Origin: Thermoplasmata archaeon
GTDB taxonomy: Archaea > Thermoplasmatota > Thermoplasmata > Lutacidiplasmatales > UBA184
DNA length: 64,000 nt
Assembly (NCBI GenBank): GCA_022750335.1
Contig: JAKIVX010000004.1
Coordinates: 5,162 to 69,161, forward strand
Reading direction: 5' to 3'
Shown here one piece after another: positions 63,049 through 64,000 of this stretch (position 1 is the first letter of the stretch; each line of letters opens with the position of its first letter). Below the pieces are notes generated by a model that saw nothing but the letters and a program-made list of their open reading frames with translations, was not told where the DNA came from and did no database searches. Both the position numbers and the translations under genes were made by a program.

Positions 63049-63608
63049 GTGCCGGCGCTCACGGTCGCCGGGATCCCGTCCAGCCTCCGAAAGAACGCCT
63101 ACAGCACCGGATTGCTCGGGGCGGCCGTGGAAGTGGCACCGGCGGACCTGAAGATCACGACCGTCGACACTTCCCAGTTTCCTCTCTTTATCCAGGATAA
63201 CGAAGCCCGCCCTCCGGCCGACGTGCGGGCGTTCAATGAGCAGGTACGGACGGCGGACGCCGTACTGTTCGCTCTCAACGAGCACGAATATTCCATCTCG
63301 GCGGCCCTCAAGAACGCGATCGACTGGGGCGCCCGACCGTATCTCGAGAACGTATGGACAGGAATACCGGCCGGTCTCCTGAGCTCCTCGATTAGTCGTA
63401 TCGGCGGACTTCGGGCCAAGTACCAACTTCGCCAGATGTTCGACTGGCTGAACGTCTTCCCCATCAACCAGCCCGAAGTCAGCATCCCCTTCGCCCCCAG
63501 GGGTTCGACTAGGCCGGCAAGTTGGTGGACGAAGAGAGCCGGAAATTGATCTCGGTCCACCTAGCCGAGCTCGCACGCTACACTCGCCAGTTGCAAGCCA
63601 AGGTCTAG
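63049..63608 (+). pseudogene. NAD(P)H-dependent FMN reductase (SsuE/YieF-like), apparently disrupted
   Basis: Frame 1 gives LTVAGIPSSLRKNAYS..LFALNEHEYSISAALKNAIDW..NQPEVSIPFAP and then junk to TGA 63549. The expected C-terminus QGFD*AGKLVDEESRKLISVHLAELARYTRQLQAKV is in the -1 frame from the C5 run at 63494-63498 and contains an in-frame TAG at 63510-63512. Confidence 0.6.
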
Positions 63609-63650
63609 CGATCGGGTTCGACCGCGCGGCTCGGTCCGCTCCCCAGAAGC

Positions 63651-63658
63651 CCTTAAAG
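63651..63658 (+). promoter_or_regulatory. TATA-like element upstream of tRNA-Ala
   Basis: ccttaaag lies 25-32 nt upstream of tRNA position 1. Confidence 0.35.
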
Positions 63659-63682
63659 TGGTTCGGCTCTCCCCCGCGCCGA

Positions 63683-63757
63683 GGGCACGTAGATCAGCGG
63701 AAGATCGCTGCTTTCGCAAAGCAGAGGTCGGGGGTTCAAATCCCCCCGTGTCCACCA
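63683..63757 (+). tRNA. tRNA-Ala (anticodon CGC), CCA encoded
   Basis: GGGCACGTAGATCAGCGGAAGATCGCTGCTTTCGCAAAGCAGAGGTCGGGGGTTCAAATCCCCCCGTGTCCACCA. It has the G3-U70 identity pair, anticodon loop TTCGCAA and T-loop TTCAAAT. Confidence 0.93.
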
Positions 63758-64000
63758 TTCATTCCGCGTGGGCGGAGGTAAGTAACGCTGGGAGAACGAC
63801 CGACTGGGTCACTCAGTGGATCCCAATCGGAACGCGGTCCGTCGGTCGTCGACGGGTCCAACCGGAGCTCGGTCGCTACTCCGCCGGACTCAGGTGGCTG
63901 GGCCTTCGGGGTTGGTAGGTTCGCGTCGGCGGCCGCGGACCAAGGGCTTCGGTTCAACCCCGAACGCCGTTCGGTCCTTCGAAGGGGCGACCGCAGTCCA

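Noticed and set aside
63510-63512. In-frame TAG in the FMN reductase as a pyrrolysine or read-through codon
   Set aside because: TAG is used as the ordinary stop of many well-supported genes in this window (etfA, aIF-1A, tbp, lipA, zwf, fbaB, the DUF998 gene). No pyl genes are seen, and the same gene also carries a frameshift. Pseudogenisation or assembly error is the simpler explanation.
63683-64000. tRNA-Ala as part of a 16S-23S rRNA spacer
   Set aside because: The anticodon is CGC rather than the UGC usual for spacer tRNA-Ala. The upstream DNA is a protein-coding gene (FMN reductase), and no 23S 5' signature follows.
1-64000. CRISPR arrays, transposases, integrases, toxin-antitoxin or known defence gene cassettes
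   Set aside because: I found no regularly spaced direct repeats, no DDE/serine/tyrosine recombinase-like ORFs and no recognisable defence domains while reading both strands. Gene content is housekeeping and metabolic throughout.

Overview
This is a gene-dense, high-GC archaeal chromosome segment (GC judged by eye, not computed). It looks like core genome rather than an accessory island. Archaeal hallmarks occur throughout: TBP, Orc1/Cdc6, aIF-1A, an RPA pair, Bud32, RNase P protein Rpp21, class I CCA-adding enzyme, Tsr3 and archaeal-type GluRS. I call about 70 CDSs, and many long antisense ORFs in the track are high-GC artefacts.

Main blocks:
- pyrF and an RPA pair.
- A larB-methyltransferase pair.
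- An acyl-CoA dehydrogenase-etfBA unit facing GNAT-fixC.
- A beta-oxidation cluster: enoyl-CoA hydratase, ACAD, acyl-CoA ligase, DUF35 and thiolase.
- A tight tbp-tatD-tmk-cdc6-lipA string.
- A bacterial-style pentose phosphate operon (tkt, tal-pgi fusion, HAD, gnd, zwf, pgl) with a convergent ROK glucokinase.
- An hxlR regulator with two tandem Rieske genes.
- gltX, fbaB and tsr3.
- An ABC importer with a split AAA-associated domain, followed by a disrupted FMN reductase.

There are four tRNA genes. Two of them, adjacent on the minus strand at 57.77-58.05 kb, are readable only after removing non-canonical introns. tRNA-Gln(CUG) has a 34-nt intron at T-loop position 59/60. tRNA-Leu(UAG) has a 27-nt D-loop intron and a 35-nt 59/60 intron. 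All three fold into bulge-helix-bulge motifs with the same AA|N and AC|N bulges. This is the most notable signal I found.

Other points worth a second look are a complete classical oxidative PPP in an archaeal context, a triple zinc-ribbon protein with a eukaryote-like RGG tail, and an FMN reductase carrying a frameshift plus an in-frame TAG. There are also several TATA boxes 22-30 nt upstream of start codons, which suggests leaderless mRNAs. No CRISPR array, transposase, integrase or obvious defence system was seen. All calls rest on reading the sequence and ORF translations by hand, with no database search.
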